Source: Azolla caroliniana (Eukaryota; Plantae; Polypodiophyta). From it: 64,000 bases of DNA. The stretch covers positions 14,074,001-14,138,000 of the forward strand of contig JBHGNT010000012.1 in the NCBI GenBank assembly GCA_043228905.1. The letters are read 5' to 3'. A program made the position numbers and the translations under genes. The notes under the pieces are model-generated. The model saw only the letters and a program-made list of their open reading frames with translations, ran no database searches and was not told the DNA's origin. Of the stretch, positions 1 to 12,639 are shown piece by piece. Each line of letters opens with the position of its first letter. Within the stretch, counting starts at the first letter, position 1.

Positions 1-363
1 CGGGGGGCTCTTCTCTCTTGGAGAGGATATCTCCGTCCTTGGTTTTTGGTTGCCAGTTCCTCCGTTTGTTCCTCATCCTCATCTGATTCAGGATCTTGTC
101 CAGTTTCGGTTCCGATGTCTTCTTCTTCTTTTTTGATCGGTTCGGTTTCTTGTCCATATCCGGTTGGTTCGTCGAGTGTCATCCGGTTACCGGCTAGCAT
201 CCGGTTTTCAACCAGGTAAATCCTTGTGTCCTCAAGTCGGTTTTCATTGAATGACCTAGAGTTCATCACCTTCTTCTCTGACTCCTAGTCGGCAATGGTC
301 TTGTCTTCCATGAAGACTGTCCTAACTCTGGAACACCTTCTTGTCGACCAGATCCCACACCCG

Positions 364-2453
364 TTAACCGAACTCATCATCGCCGTATCCAAGGAATATG
401 CATGGCCTGGACTTCGGATCTAGCTTTGCTCTCTTGTCCTTTGCAACATGCACATATGCGAGACACCCGAACACCTTCAGATACCGGTAAGATACATCTT
501 TACCGGTCCATACTTTTTGAGGTGAGTCTCCTTCCAAGGGTGCTGAGGGTGATCTATTTATCACATAGGTCGCCGTCGTCAGTGCCTCAACCCAAAACGT
601 CTTGGGTAACTTTGCATGTGCTAGCATGCTTCGGACTCTCTCCATTATGGTTTGGTTCATCCTTTCAATCAACCCGTTTAGTTCCGGCGTCTTCGACACA
701 GTAAACTTGAGCCGGATTCGCTTCGACCGGCAGTACTCCTCAAACTACCCCCGATATTCTCCTCTGTTATCTGCTTGAACCGCCTTCAACTTCCGGCCAG
801 TTTCTCTTTCCACTCTCGTGTGGAGCTCCTTGAAGATGGATAGCACCTAGTCCTTCGTCTTCAATGGTGAGACCCACAACTTCCGGTTGTGGTAATCTAT
901 GAACGTCACGAAGTACTGCGATCCGTCATGTGACTTCGTGTCCACTTGACACACATCGGTATGCATCAACTCCGGTGGTGCATTCCATCTCATCAGTGGT
1001 CTTGACCGGAAGGAGGTTCGGTTTTTCTTTCCGGCCAAGCAATCAGTGCACTTCTCAAGTTGCACGTCCTTCACCGGAATGAGGTTGTCTTCGGCAAACC
1101 TCTTCATCCCCTTCTCACTCATTTGACACAGTCTTTTGTGCCACAGCTCACTAGTAGTGTCGGATGCTATGTTCACTTCTTCATGGCATATCTGGGCATT
1201 CATGAAGTACAATGTGTTGATCTTCTGGGCTTGAGCTACTATCAAGCTTCCCTTGTTGAACTTCATAACACCGTTCCGGATGTTGCCCATGTAGCCTTCA
1301 TCATCTAGCCGACCGGCTGATATCAGGTTCAGTCGAACCTCTAGAACGTTTCGGACATCCTTCATCAACAATTTGCATCCGGTTGATGTCATCAACAACA
1401 CATCTCCTATGCCGATAATTCGGCATGTACCTTCATTCCCCATCTCGACACAACCATGATCACCAATTGTGTAAGATGAGAAGCATTTCCGATCCGGTGT
1501 CAGGTGAAACGACGCTTCGGAATAGACAACCCATGTTGTCTCATCGCCAACAAGGTTTAACTCATTCTCTTTGGTAATGAGCATCAATTGTTCTTCACTT
1601 GTCGTGATTGCCAATGTTCCCTTCCGATCCAGGCCTCTCCGGTCCGAACCGTTTCGGTCCAAACTCTTCTTCAAATCGGTAGTGCCGGTTTCTTTCTCCT
1701 TCCGGAAATGCCGACAATTCTTCTGGAAGTGTCCCAGCTTCCCACTATAGAAGCATGTGGGCCTCCCCCTTGACTTCGAGCTCATCCCCGATTTGTCCCG
1801 ATTTTGGGGACTTCGATACCGGCCTCTTCCCCGGTTGTGGTCATCTTCCGTGACCAAGGCCTTTGGATCGGTTCCGAACTCCTGGTCCTTCCGGCGAGCT
1901 TCTTCATCTAGCAAGCTTGATTTTATCCTTGCTAGGACAACTGTTTTCCTTCCGACCCGGTGTTGCCCAACGTGACAACTAACGTCTCCCAACTATCCGG
2001 GAGGGAACCGAGCAAGAGCAATGCGAGTACCTCATCGGCGAGAGGTACTTCCAACACAATTGCTTGATGTATCAGCCCCTGGAAGGAATTCATGTGCTCC
2101 ACCATACTGGAGCTGTCCTGGTACCAGAGCCTCACTAGCTTTCGGAATACCGAAACCCAATTAACGACATTCTTGTTCTGGAACATGATGTCGATCTTCT
2201 CCCAGAGTTCATGAGTCTTGCTCTCTTCATTGAAGTTGTTGTACAAGCTCATGTCAATGAAGCACTGGATGTATGCTGTCGTCTCCATGTGCATCACCTC
2301 CCATACTATGGCGTCGATCTTATTTGGTCTCTTGTCCTCGAACTGAATCGGCAACCAAAGATCTTTAACCACCAGCATATCCCTCATCTTCGACTTCCAC
2401 ACTGAGTAGTTGGAGCCGGTGAGCTTGAACATGCTGCCGAACAATTCTTCCAT
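364..2453 (-). pseudogene. copia gag-pol (gag-PR-INT), broken by frameshifts and stops
   Basis: ORFs 1932-2453, 847-1992 and 364-699 are consecutive domains of one polyprotein. Confidence 0.9.
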
Positions 2454-2482
2454 TTCCTGTGTTGTTCGCTCTAATACCAGAT

Positions 2483-3030
2483 TGTGAGGAATACTACTTG
2501 GCCATGACAGAGTCTTGAATTACTTCGATAAGAGTGCAACACAGGAATGGGAATATAAGTACACATAAAAGAGAGTACACAGGATGTTTACGTGGAAAAC
2601 CCTGAATGGGAAAAACCACGGGAGCTCACAGACTCCAACTATCGCTATAAAGAAAAGAGGGTACAATCGGGGACTTGGAGGCAACGACCTCGAGCTCTGT
2701 TTCTTCGCCAACTGACGGTTACAATAGAGTATTTCTCTGTATCTCAAACTCTCTCTAAGTCGCTCTCGCTTTGTACAACAATATATGACAACAATAATAA
2801 CAACACGCATGTAAAGTGATTGCCCTAAGGCATATTTATACTTATATGAACTTAGGGCTATTTACAAATATAGCCTCAATAGGCTTGCTCAAGACATATT
2901 TACAAATATGTCTCTCTTCCGGTTCTCACCGGGTCTCCTCCGGTTTTCGGATCTCTCTGGTTCTCACCAAGTCCTCTTCATTCATCACCGGGTCCCATCA
3001 GGAGAGACCGATTTCCTGATAGTACTTACA
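2483..3030 (-). repeat. 5' LTR of copia element 1
   Basis: TGTGAG...TTACA termini next to the PBS. Shares a GTGGTTTT(T)CCC..AGGGTTT(T)CCACGTAAA U5 motif with the LTRs at 46612-47179 and 47292-51269. Confidence 0.75.
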
Positions 3031-4877
3031 TAAATTAGTACAAAATAGGGGTGCACTTGTGCACACCCGCATTCCCATGCATTTGGCGACATTTCCCCCA
3101 ATGGCTTGGAATCTTCAAGACAACGCATTGAATATGCTCTTCAAGTTCGGGATGGCAGATTGTAAGCTCGTCTTGACCCTGCTGGATAGAAACGTAAAGC
3201 TTCGCCGAGATTCGAGAAAGGCATGCGACCCGACACGGTTTCAACAGATTGTCGGAAGCCTCATCTACTTGATCACTCGGTCGAACCTCAACTATCCGAT
3301 CGGAATGCTTAGTCAATTTATGTCGTAGCCCACGACCGAACACTTTCAGTGCGTGCAAAGGATATTACAATATGTCAGCGGCACGAAAGACATGGCATTG
3401 TTGTATCGTGCAAATGTAGCCGAATAGTTAGTTGGCTACACGGATGCCGATTGGGCCGGAAATGCCCACGATCGTAGATCTACATCCGGATACGCATACT
3501 CATTGGGAAGTGCGGTGATTGCATGGAGCAATAAGAAGCAGTTGACAGTAGCACTATCGAGCACGGAGGCTGAATATCGAGGGGTGACTGTCACTACGTG
3601 CGAAGTCATTTGGTTAAAACGGCTATTACGGGATCTGCACGTAGAGGTGTCCGATCCAACAACGATCTACTACAACAACCTCAGCAGCATCCACCTTGCG
3701 TAGAACCCTATGTTCCACGCCCGGACCAAGCACATTGAGGTACACTATCACTTTGTCCGCGTGCATGTCCTTTCTGGTGAGGTCGAACTGGTGTATGTTC
3801 CGACGGGTCGGCAAGTTGCCAACATCTTCACCAAGCCCCTTGGTCTCGACAAGTTACGGCATTTCTCGGGTGAGCTCGGTTTGCATCACCTCGACACACC
3901 GAACTTGAGGGGGAGATAGGAACAGGAACAAGAGCGTGAAAGGAGCGATAGTAACTGCGATGCCGAATCGGATCAAGAATTCGATTTTGGACTGGTTGAA
4001 GAAGCCGAAGAAGAAAACGGGGGCCGTAATCAAAAGGAAGAGCCGAAAACAGCCGAACAAAAGGGAAACAAAGCCAAGAAAGGCATAAAGGCTAAGACCA
4101 AGACATGGTCTGATGTTGTCAAGGGCCTGAAAACATAAGACAAATTTGAGACAGCCAATTCGGGTGAAAGAGGAATTAAATCGGAAATGACCGATTTAAT
4201 CGAAATGTTCGATTCCGACATTACGAATCGACTGAGGGCCAAGCGGAGGAAAGGGCAGCGGAAGAGGCGCCAACACCGCGACAGCAAGGGAGATGACAAA
4301 GGCCACATGAGCAGACAAGCCGACCGGAAGGGTCGAAGCACGCGGAATCGGACGAGTCGAGGAGCACGAATGAGGCATGAAGCCAGGAGAGGCCGGAGCG
4401 AAGATCCGGAAAAGTAGATGGAACCTCAAGTTGAGCTTGAGGGGGATTGTTGAGAGACAAGCTCAACATTGGGTGCGTAAACGGGTACGTAACCTAGTAC
4501 GTAGACTGGGTGCGTAAAACCGTACGCAAAATATGGTCATGGCGGTGTCTAAACCGAAAGATCGTTAGAACGTTATTCCTCATAAGGAATATTTTTGGGA
4601 GTTAGTGTAGAAGACTCATTTATGAGCGGTCAAGTATTGTCAGTACTTGTCTCAGCCCAATAGTCGGGGCTTGTATAAAAGGTGCTCACTAAGCATGAAG
4701 TATGTACACAGGGAACATACAGAGAATTATTTCGAATATAGTTTTGCATATTCTGCTCTCTCTCTCTGTCTCTCCCTCTTTTTCTCAGTGGTTTTTGTGT
4801 TCTACCAAACTCTCGTACTAGCAAACCGTGTACTTTGTATTCTTACGCATACGCTTCCGCACACGTACTCTTTTACA
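3031..4877 (+). mobile_element. Ty1/copia element 2, 3' part (RT end, RNase H, PPT, 3' LTR)
   Basis: [46 protein letters not shown] and QVANIFTKPL. PPT TTGAGGGGGA immediately precedes the LTR at 4448-4877. Confidence 0.92.
4448..4877 (+). repeat. 3' LTR of copia element 2
   Basis: TGTTGAGAGACAAGCTCAACA...TTTTACA. Homologous to the solo LTR at 9792-10196. Confidence 0.85.
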
Positions 4878-5690
4878 ACCTTTTACAGTCCTCGAACACA
4901 TTGGTTCATCAACCTATCGTCTCGCTCTTCATGATGGCATTGAAATCCATCCAATTTTTCATGTAAGTCGTCTAAAAGAACTTCTTGGTTCTGGCGACAA
5001 TACAGTGACAACTGAAACTCTGGTTACTTCTGAAGAAGTATCTTCTAAACCACATGTACCAGAAAGAATTCTCGATGTTAAAACAAAAAAATTACGTTCT
5101 AAAATAATCCGAGAATTTAAAATTAAATGGATGGATGAGTCTATAAAAGATGCCACATGGGAACGTGAAAATACTCTTAGAACTAACTTCCCTAACTTTC
5201 CATTGCAAGAGTGCAATGTTTTAAAGAGGGGCAGTATGTTACGGGCATTACATATAATATCCTATGGTAACATTGTACCATAGTATTCTATACACGTGGA
5301 TAAAGCATGAGGGTTAAACGAGAGTGTAAAGAAGGGGAGGATTACTTTTAATCCTCAGGATTGAGACAACCCATTAGGCCAAGTGTGAACTGGCATGGGG
5401 GCCTTGGGTCTGGCTATAAATATGAGGGTTAGCTACCCTCATTTGACACATTATCGACTACATCGAGACTCTGAAATTGTGGTGGGTCAACTCTTGTAGC
5501 GAACACGCCAGCACCAAGTACGACTCGACGCCACGATGGTGGTATGGGATGCCGATCGAGGCTCGAGTCGGTCTCGATCCCTTCGCTTGGGGGTGGTCGG
5601 GTGGATCAGCACCCTTCTTTCTCTCTCTCTTTCTTATTTATTTATCTTTTATCCTTATCATATGCTTACATTAGTAGCTAAGCTCTAACA
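4878..5690 (+). mobile_element. Ty3/gypsy chromovirus 3' end (integrase C-terminus, chromodomain, PPT, 3' LTR 5237-5690)
   Basis: PFTVLEHIGSSTYRL...IHPIFHVSRLK and chromodomain PERILD...EFKIKW...DATWE. PPT AAGAGGGGCAGTA is followed by TGTTACGGGC...CTCTAACA. Confidence 0.9.
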
Positions 5691-7732
5691 ACTATCTTTC
5701 TCTCTCAACCTACTGTGTAAATGTCTATTTCTCCCACTCCATCTTCGTCTTGTAATTAAACAGTGCAATATCTTTCTTACTTGTTTCATGTTTGCTTGTT
5801 CCTACCAACAAGATCCATATACATATTCTACATAAGTCGACCAACCTCACATAGTAGTCGACCAAGTCATTACCATCACTTACAACAATAAGATCCCTTT
5901 GTCTCAATTCACTACGTAGTTTGTTTAGAGTGTCCATAAACCTAGAAAACTCATTTTTATCACATCGTGTGTTCTAATCTAAGCCACCGCTATCTAGTCA
6001 TAGAACCACAATTTCTAAACTCATTCCTCAAGAGTCAATAGAATGATTCTCTTTTCATGGCTCATTGGAGGGTGTGCCGAGAGAATTATTGTTCCTGAAT
6101 TAAAACAAACTTGAGTAGTCACGTCATTTCCTCGGATCCATTGTTCTAACCCAAGCCACCCATGTTAAACGAAAAGACCATAAGGAAGGAACTCATTGAT
6201 CGGTATGAATCAAGAACATAATCCCCCTTATGAGATTATGATTTTCAGAGGCGGTTTGTGAATGAACCTAGACAAGCTGGAGTCCTAAACTCATTCACTG
6301 CGGTCCAATGTGGATGAAGAAAAAGCGTGCCATCAAAAGTCCAAATTTTGGGGAGCCCGTCTCATTAAAGAAGGAGCCTGACTCTGTGAAAGGGAGCCCG
6401 ACTCATTAGTTTAGGATTGAGTATAAAAACCCATACCTGTCATTTTTGCCTGTTTACAAACAGGTAGCCAGAGGTTTAGGGTTTAGGGTTCTTCAGCGAG
6501 GCGCACCACCTGTTGTCCGCGAGCACCTGTTGTCCTGATGTCCAGTGGTATGTATCATATATTCTTGTCTATTTATGAATTGATTAAGATTTGTGTGTTC
6601 AATTTGTGAAAGCTCAGAAATCTCATCCTATTTACTGAAGATGACATGCCCGTGTATTTTTCTCTTGGAATTGTTGGAGATTTTTTTTTATATGATATTG
6701 ATCCTAAATGAGTCTTTCTAGCCGTTAAGCTGATTCACAATGTTTCTATGTACTCGGTTTTTTGATGAATGAGGAACTACTTAGAAGGTTATGCATGCTA
6801 ATGTGACAACAACTATGTTACTTAAAATCCTCCATGAGATAACAATAATGTTCTTATGGTGTATCCTACTCCATTTTGTATTCAATCAACCCAGACAAAA
6901 ATAGTCTTCTCCAGTTTTGGCCATGTTGCAATACTTCCTTCTCAAGTTGGTGACATACTCTTGAGAAACTTAGGTAATAAGAAAAAACCTAAACAAAACA
7001 TAGAGTCCATTTAATAGTCCATAAACTCCTCAATATCATAATACGATGAAGGATAGGATCATGATGAAATTGTTCTCTCACATAATCTGAAGCGTTTAGA
7101 TTGTTCGTAAAATATGATGATGAGCTTCTCTATGAGCATGGCATATTCATGTAATTGTTCTCTTGCATAGTTTGAAGTATGATAGGTTAAGTGTTTAAGT
7201 TGTCCACTAAAGCAACCACAATGAGCTTCTCTATGGGCACAGCATACTCACGGTCCTGAAGCCCCTTTATAAATTCTTCTTGTCTCTACATTTGGTTGCA
7301 TTCTTAATGTTTGAAAAGCTTAACAATTGGAAGCAATGAAAGTGATTTGACTATTATCCTTACAAATGAAAGGGTCAATCTTTTGCATCAATTTGATTTA
7401 TAAAAACCATTCAAGTTAGTTTGGGATGTCTTATAAAGTAAGATTGATACAATTAGTAGTAATTCTAAGTTATTTTTAGATGTTCAAATATGATCGTAGA
7501 TCCATTGGTGGTTTTTGAAAATGGCATGTGTTTTGTACAAATGGCTAGTCGGTCCAAGACCTTCATAGACTTTGATGTGGATTGGGGTGAAACAATACCC
7601 TATGAAGGGAGGTATGGCCTAAATTATTTCTCAAGTATATATTGTGTATAAATAGTGATGTTTGTGTGCTAACTTGAATGATGGTTTAGGGTTTTTGTAA
7701 TAAAGGGTGCTAGGTGCCCCAAATCCAACAAT

Positions 7733-8800
7733 ATGGATGCTGAAAACATCATTACTGAAGACTCGAACATGGATATGAACCCCATACATGACGTGGGGCC
7801 AGGTGTTGAAGATATCAATGTAAATGGTGAGTTGATGTACATTCTTATAATCATTATTGAAGTAAGTATATATTGGGTTTTTCTAATGCAAATGTCACAC
7901 CATTGTTGTAGTGGACCCTATGTCCCTCTTCAAGGCGGGAAAAGACTCGATAGGTATCAAATGTCGCACATGTATCGTTGGAGATTCATGTAGAAAAGAG
8001 GTACGATGGTTTCACAAAAAAGCTGACATGGAGGCTCACTTACAGAAGGCACATGGCATCCGTGTAACACTGCCTCGGGGGCTAAAGATAGAAGAAGAAG
8101 AGAAATCGACCTCCATGAGGAGTATAGCCACGTCATTCTTCACCCACTACGAAAGACAACGATCAATAAAGCGTTTTTTGGATCCAGAGCTAAAGTACAA
8201 CAGATCACGCCAATCACACATAAGGAAGTTGAGGACAAGAGCGATTAAGATCTTCAAAGCCACTCTGGACGCACTTCAAACATCCAAGGAGGTCGATTTC
8301 ATTGCTCAATTCGTTAGCCAAGAGATGGCCAGGTATGACGAGGGAAAGGAGCATAGGATGGCAAATTTGAAGTTGAAGATTGCAGTTGTGTCTGAAGCTT
8401 ATGTAAGTATGGTTTATGATTATGTGTGCATCTTATGTGAGTCTAAATCTAGTGTGTGAATGATTATGTGTGAATCTTATGTATGAATTTTAGTGTAAGA
8501 ATCATGGAATTCCCATGCCAGAAGATGAGGCACATGTCGAGATCGATGGTGGTCAAGACCAACTGTTAGAATCGACAACCCAACAACCAAGGAGGCCTAA
8601 AATCCAAATCCGCAAGAAAAAAGTGGACCCTGGTACTCAACATCATTATGGCTATTGGCGTTTCTTTACGTAACGAAATATCGAAGTCACCAACGGGGAT
8701 TTCAACAATAAAAAATTGTTGAAAGAAAAAAGGATGGTGACAACACGATTCTCACAAAAATGTGAGGACGGCCACCAAGAACCTTTCCCCGAAAAGGAAA
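7733..8800 (+). pseudogene. Spliced MULE accessory gene, 5' exons with a C2H2-like motif; possibly the N-terminal part of the Ulp1 gene
   Basis: ORF 7911-8459 contains CRTC...HLQKAH. GT-AG intron-like boundaries at ~7828/7911 and ~8403/8521. Confidence 0.4.
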
Positions 8801-8804
8801 ACAT

Positions 8805-10309
8805 TTGATTTAAAATCACGTAATAACTTATATACACATATGTATATTATCACATATATACGATCAACTACGTATACACGTGACCACATATGCCTATATT
8901 AAAGAAATCGTTATATTTAATAGCCAAAAATGACGTAATCGAGGCATATACCTCTACGCACACGAGACATCCAAAAATAAGGGTTCAACGTAATACGAAA
9001 TTGAGGTATTGACCTCTTACGCATACGAGACCAAACGCATATCATTTACAACAAAATCGAGGTGTTGACCTCATACGCAAACGCAACATATGTTCGTGAA
9101 CGTAATACGTAATTGAGGTATTAACCTCTTACGCATACGACACTCATCACATATTATCTATATGTCAAACAAGGTATTGACCTCAAGCATATATGTAAAC
9201 GTTTTAGATAACCAATTAAATACCACTACAACATCATTTAATTAATGAAAATAATCTACATATTAACCATACATATGATTAGATGGGAGAAGAAAAAATA
9301 GACAAAAAATAACAAGAAAGATTACCGAAGTTCCTTGTTGATCCTCGTCTGCATGAAGGCCAACCGCACAACGTTCGATCGTCATCCATCGAGAAGATAA
9401 GACCAACAAAAGAAAGATTAGTACATAGGCTCGGATACCAAATATTAGAGACATGTACTAAAGTAAGCATTAGATAAGGATAGATCTAGGTAGATAGAAA
9501 TAAAGGGGAGAGAGAAAGAAGGGTGTCGATCCACCCGACCACCCCCGAGCGAAGGGATCGAGACGGACTCGAGCCTCGATCAGCGTCCCATGCCACCGTC
9601 GTGGCGTCAAGTCGTACCTGGTGCTGGCGCGCTCGCTACAAGAGTTGACCCACCACAAGACAGAGTCTCGACGTAGTCAACAAGATAATCAAATGAGGGT
9701 AGCTAGGCCACTTATTTATAACGATACCCAAGGCCCCTAGGCAAGTTCATACTTGGCCTAATGGGTTGTCTCAATCCCGAAGATTTAAAAGTGTAGAAAG
9801 TAGCGTGCGGAAGCAGGTATGAAGACCGAACAGAAGGAAGAAAACTCAGGTTTTAATGGAGAGCTTGAGCTTACGCAGTATACGCGGGAGAGACAGAGAG
9901 AATGAGAGAGAACACAAGAACTATATTCAACAACTAACAAAATCTCGATTCACTACTGTATACATATGTGTGTTCCATGAACACTTTTATACAAGTCCTC
10001 GAAGGACTAACCGAAGTACTAGCCGTACTTCAATGCTCTTTAAGAGCTCCTACACTAACTCCCAAATATATTCCTCACGGAATATCTTTCCTAACGGCCT
10101 CCCGGTTTACGCACTCGGCCTAACCGATCGGTCCCAACCAATCTAGTCCTCGGCTTCTTCTGCCGATCCGGCCGATGTTGAGCTTGTCTCTCAACAAAAA
10201 GTAATCCTCCCCTTCTTTACACTCTCGTTTAACCCTCACACTTATCCACGTGTATAGAATACTACGGTAAATTCTCACCACGGGATATTATATGGTCATG
10301 CCCGTAACA
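8805..10309 (-). mobile_element. Truncated gypsy chromovirus 5' end (LTR 9443-10309, Met PBS 9429-9440, leader); same family as LTR 5237-5690
   Basis: Reverse-complement identity to 5237-5690 (MWWVNSCSE pseudo-ORFs in both). PBS TGGTATCCGAGC. Left boundary approximate. Confidence 0.8.
9792..10196 (-). mobile_element. Solo LTR of the copia element 2 family, inserted in the gypsy LTR
   Basis: TG...CA termini with a 5-bp TSD AAAAG (9787-9791 / 10197-10201). Confidence 0.9.
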
Positions 10310-10342
10310 GTAAATTGTCGTTCATTACATTATCTGACACAG

Positions 10343-11250
10343 ATGAGGATGCAAACATTGAGATTGTCTTTGTTGGTCCTGGGACAATCACGAAAACATG
10401 GGATAACACAACAAGAAATAAGTTCACTAGGTATACCATTATGGTGGGGGCATGAGATCAATAGTTAACTTCATGTTTTTTTTGTAGTTCCTAATCTGGC
10501 CTAATAAACAGGTTCCAGGTGGCTTGCCGACAACTAGATCTAGCAGTCTTTTTGACGGAGGTAGAACTATGTTCGTTGTGCATTGTAGGGGAGATGGCAT
10601 CCACATGGATGATGACCCTCTTCCACTTATGGATGGATTACTCGTTGCCCCCCGAGATCAACAAGTGGTTTCATATTGTGGATCCACTATGGGTACAACT
10701 AGAAGGCCAAAGTGATAAGGGTGAAGAAATACTCACTTGGGTCCCTGAACGAGAATATGTCTTCATTCCAATATTGCACTCAGGGCATTGGGTGCTTTGG
10801 TTGAAGCTGCGACAGACTCCTATAGGTCTCGATGCCAAGGTGAGGAGCCCAATTGTTTTTTCTGATCCACTAAATAATCATCCGACTGCTAGCATGAAGA
10901 CATTGGGTGATTTGGTTGTATGACATATCTCTAGCGCCACACACGACCATTGCATCATCAACAATGAGCGGTTCCAGGTATTGCATATCCCAACCCAACC
11001 TAATGGGATGGATTGTGGGTATTATGTAATGCAAACCATTCAAATGTTGGTTGAGGAGTTCATTCAAGGATTTGAGTCCGATCAATTTGTAAGTATTTAT
11101 GAGAATTGAATTTGAGCATTTGTTTTTGTAAGGGCTTAGGTTGATGGCATCTTGTGGTGTAGGGTAAGGAGCAATGGTTTGGATTCGAAGACGTGGAGCT
11201 CCTTCGGAAAATCATGGCAAAATGGACACGAAGGACTCTAGGCATAGGGT
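10343..11250 (+). pseudogene. Ulp1/SENP-like (peptidase C48) cysteine protease
   Basis: YVFIPILHSGHW (His), FSDPL (Asp) and PTQPNGMDCGYYVM (Gln/Cys). In-frame TGA at 10921; introns present. Confidence 0.8.
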
Positions 11251-11354
11251 TATTTTAATCACTAGCATGTTGTACTTTGTAACATCAAACATATGATCTC
11301 GATTTACTAGATCTCATGCGGATTGCCAACTTTTTTGTAATATCTGGTAAATAG

Positions 11355-11943
11355 TTGAATCTCATTTTGGTTGTATATGACTCAATTTGATGTACATTCT
11401 AGTTGTGAGTCTTATTATTTGAATCTCATTCTGGTTGTATATGACTCAATTTGATGTACATTCTAGTTGTGAGTCTTATTATTTGAATCTCATTCTGGTT
11501 GTATATGACTCAATTTGATGTACATTCTAGTTGTGAGTCTTATTATTTGAATCTCATTCTGGTTGTATATGACTCAATTTGATGTACATTCTAGTTGTGA
11601 GTCTTATTATTTGAATCTCATTCTGGTTGTATATGACTCAATTTGATGTACATTCTAGTTGTGAGTCTTATTATTTGAATCTCATTCTGGTTGTATATGA
11701 CTCAATTTGATGTACATTCTAGTTGTGAGTCTTATTATTTGAATCTCATTCTGGTTGTATATGACTCAATTTGATGTACATTCTAGTTGTGAGTCTTATT
11801 ATTTGAATCTCATTCTGGTTGTGAGTCCTATTATTTGAATCTCATTTTGGTTGTATATGACTCAATTTGATGTACATTTTGGTTGTGAGTCTTATTATTT
11901 GAATCTCATTCTGGTTGTGTGTGACTCAATGTGAATCTTATTC
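11355..11943. repeat. 64-bp tandem repeat, ~9 copies
   Basis: Unit GAATCTCATTCTGGTTGTATATGACTCAATTTGATGTACATTCTAGTTGTGAGTCTTATTATTT starting at 11357, 11421, 11485, etc. Confidence 0.95.
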
Positions 11944-12639
11944 AAAAGCAATGTACAATAATGCAATACTAGTCAATAATGGAGAAGGTATCAAAAGCAA
12001 TGTACAATAATGCAAAAGTAGTAAATGCAATACTAGTCAATGATGGAGATTGCCGACAAAGTAATGTACAATAATGAAATACTAGACAATGCAATACTAA
12101 TCAATAATGGAGAAGGTAGACAAAGCAATGTACAAAAAATTTTGGTGTAGGGAGCCTAACTGATTAATGAGGAGCCTGACTAATTAATGAGGAGCCCGAT
12201 TGATTAACAAGGAGCCCGACTAATTTCAAAAAGGGAGCCCGACTGATTAAAGAGGAGCCTGACTCATTAATAGTCAATTGCCCAACTACGTGTAATGATG
12301 GCGTTTCAACGATCATATTAATGACTACAACAAATTGATTCACCGAATTCAGTAGCATGCACTAAGAGGTAGATTCATTCACTAAGGATTGAACTCACTC
12401 CCTTCCTTAACAGTCTATTAATCACTCGCACTCATTTCATTCACCCTCATTCTCGATTGTTCACTAATAGCCCTAAACATTCTCGAACTAAATCATTGAA
12501 GAAGAACTGAAATAATCCACTCCATTCATGTGAATTATTTGAATTCATTCACTTCATTCATTCACATAATCTCTCACATTGACTTAATTCACCTCAATCA
12601 CTGGCATTCTCGATCATATTGTATTTGTTGTGGAGAGCA

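Larger units (their letters stand above)
1..3030 (-). mobile_element. Ty1/copia LTR retrotransposon (Tnt1/Tork-like), 5' part; runs off the left window edge
   Basis: 5' LTR ~2483-3030 (TG...CA) and Met PBS TGGTATTAGAGC (2468-2479, minus strand). Gag (KLTGSNYSVWKSKM, LLLLGSLPDSW), zinc knuckle (CFYSGKLGHFQKNC), protease (WVVYSEASFHLT), GAG-pre-integrase (LWHKRLCQM) and integrase (ELMHTDVC, YFVTFID, NGLIERMNQTI). Confidence 0.93.

Noticed and set aside
6472-6490. GGTTTAGGGTTTAGGGTT telomeric repeat
   Set aside because: Only ~2.5 units; a common telo-box-like motif in plant promoters and TEs, not an interstitial telomere.
11355-11943. CRISPR-like appearance of the regular 64-bp array (also 26911-27108 and 59520-60040)
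   Set aside because: Units are identical head-to-tail without unique spacers, there are no cas genes, and the context is eukaryotic.
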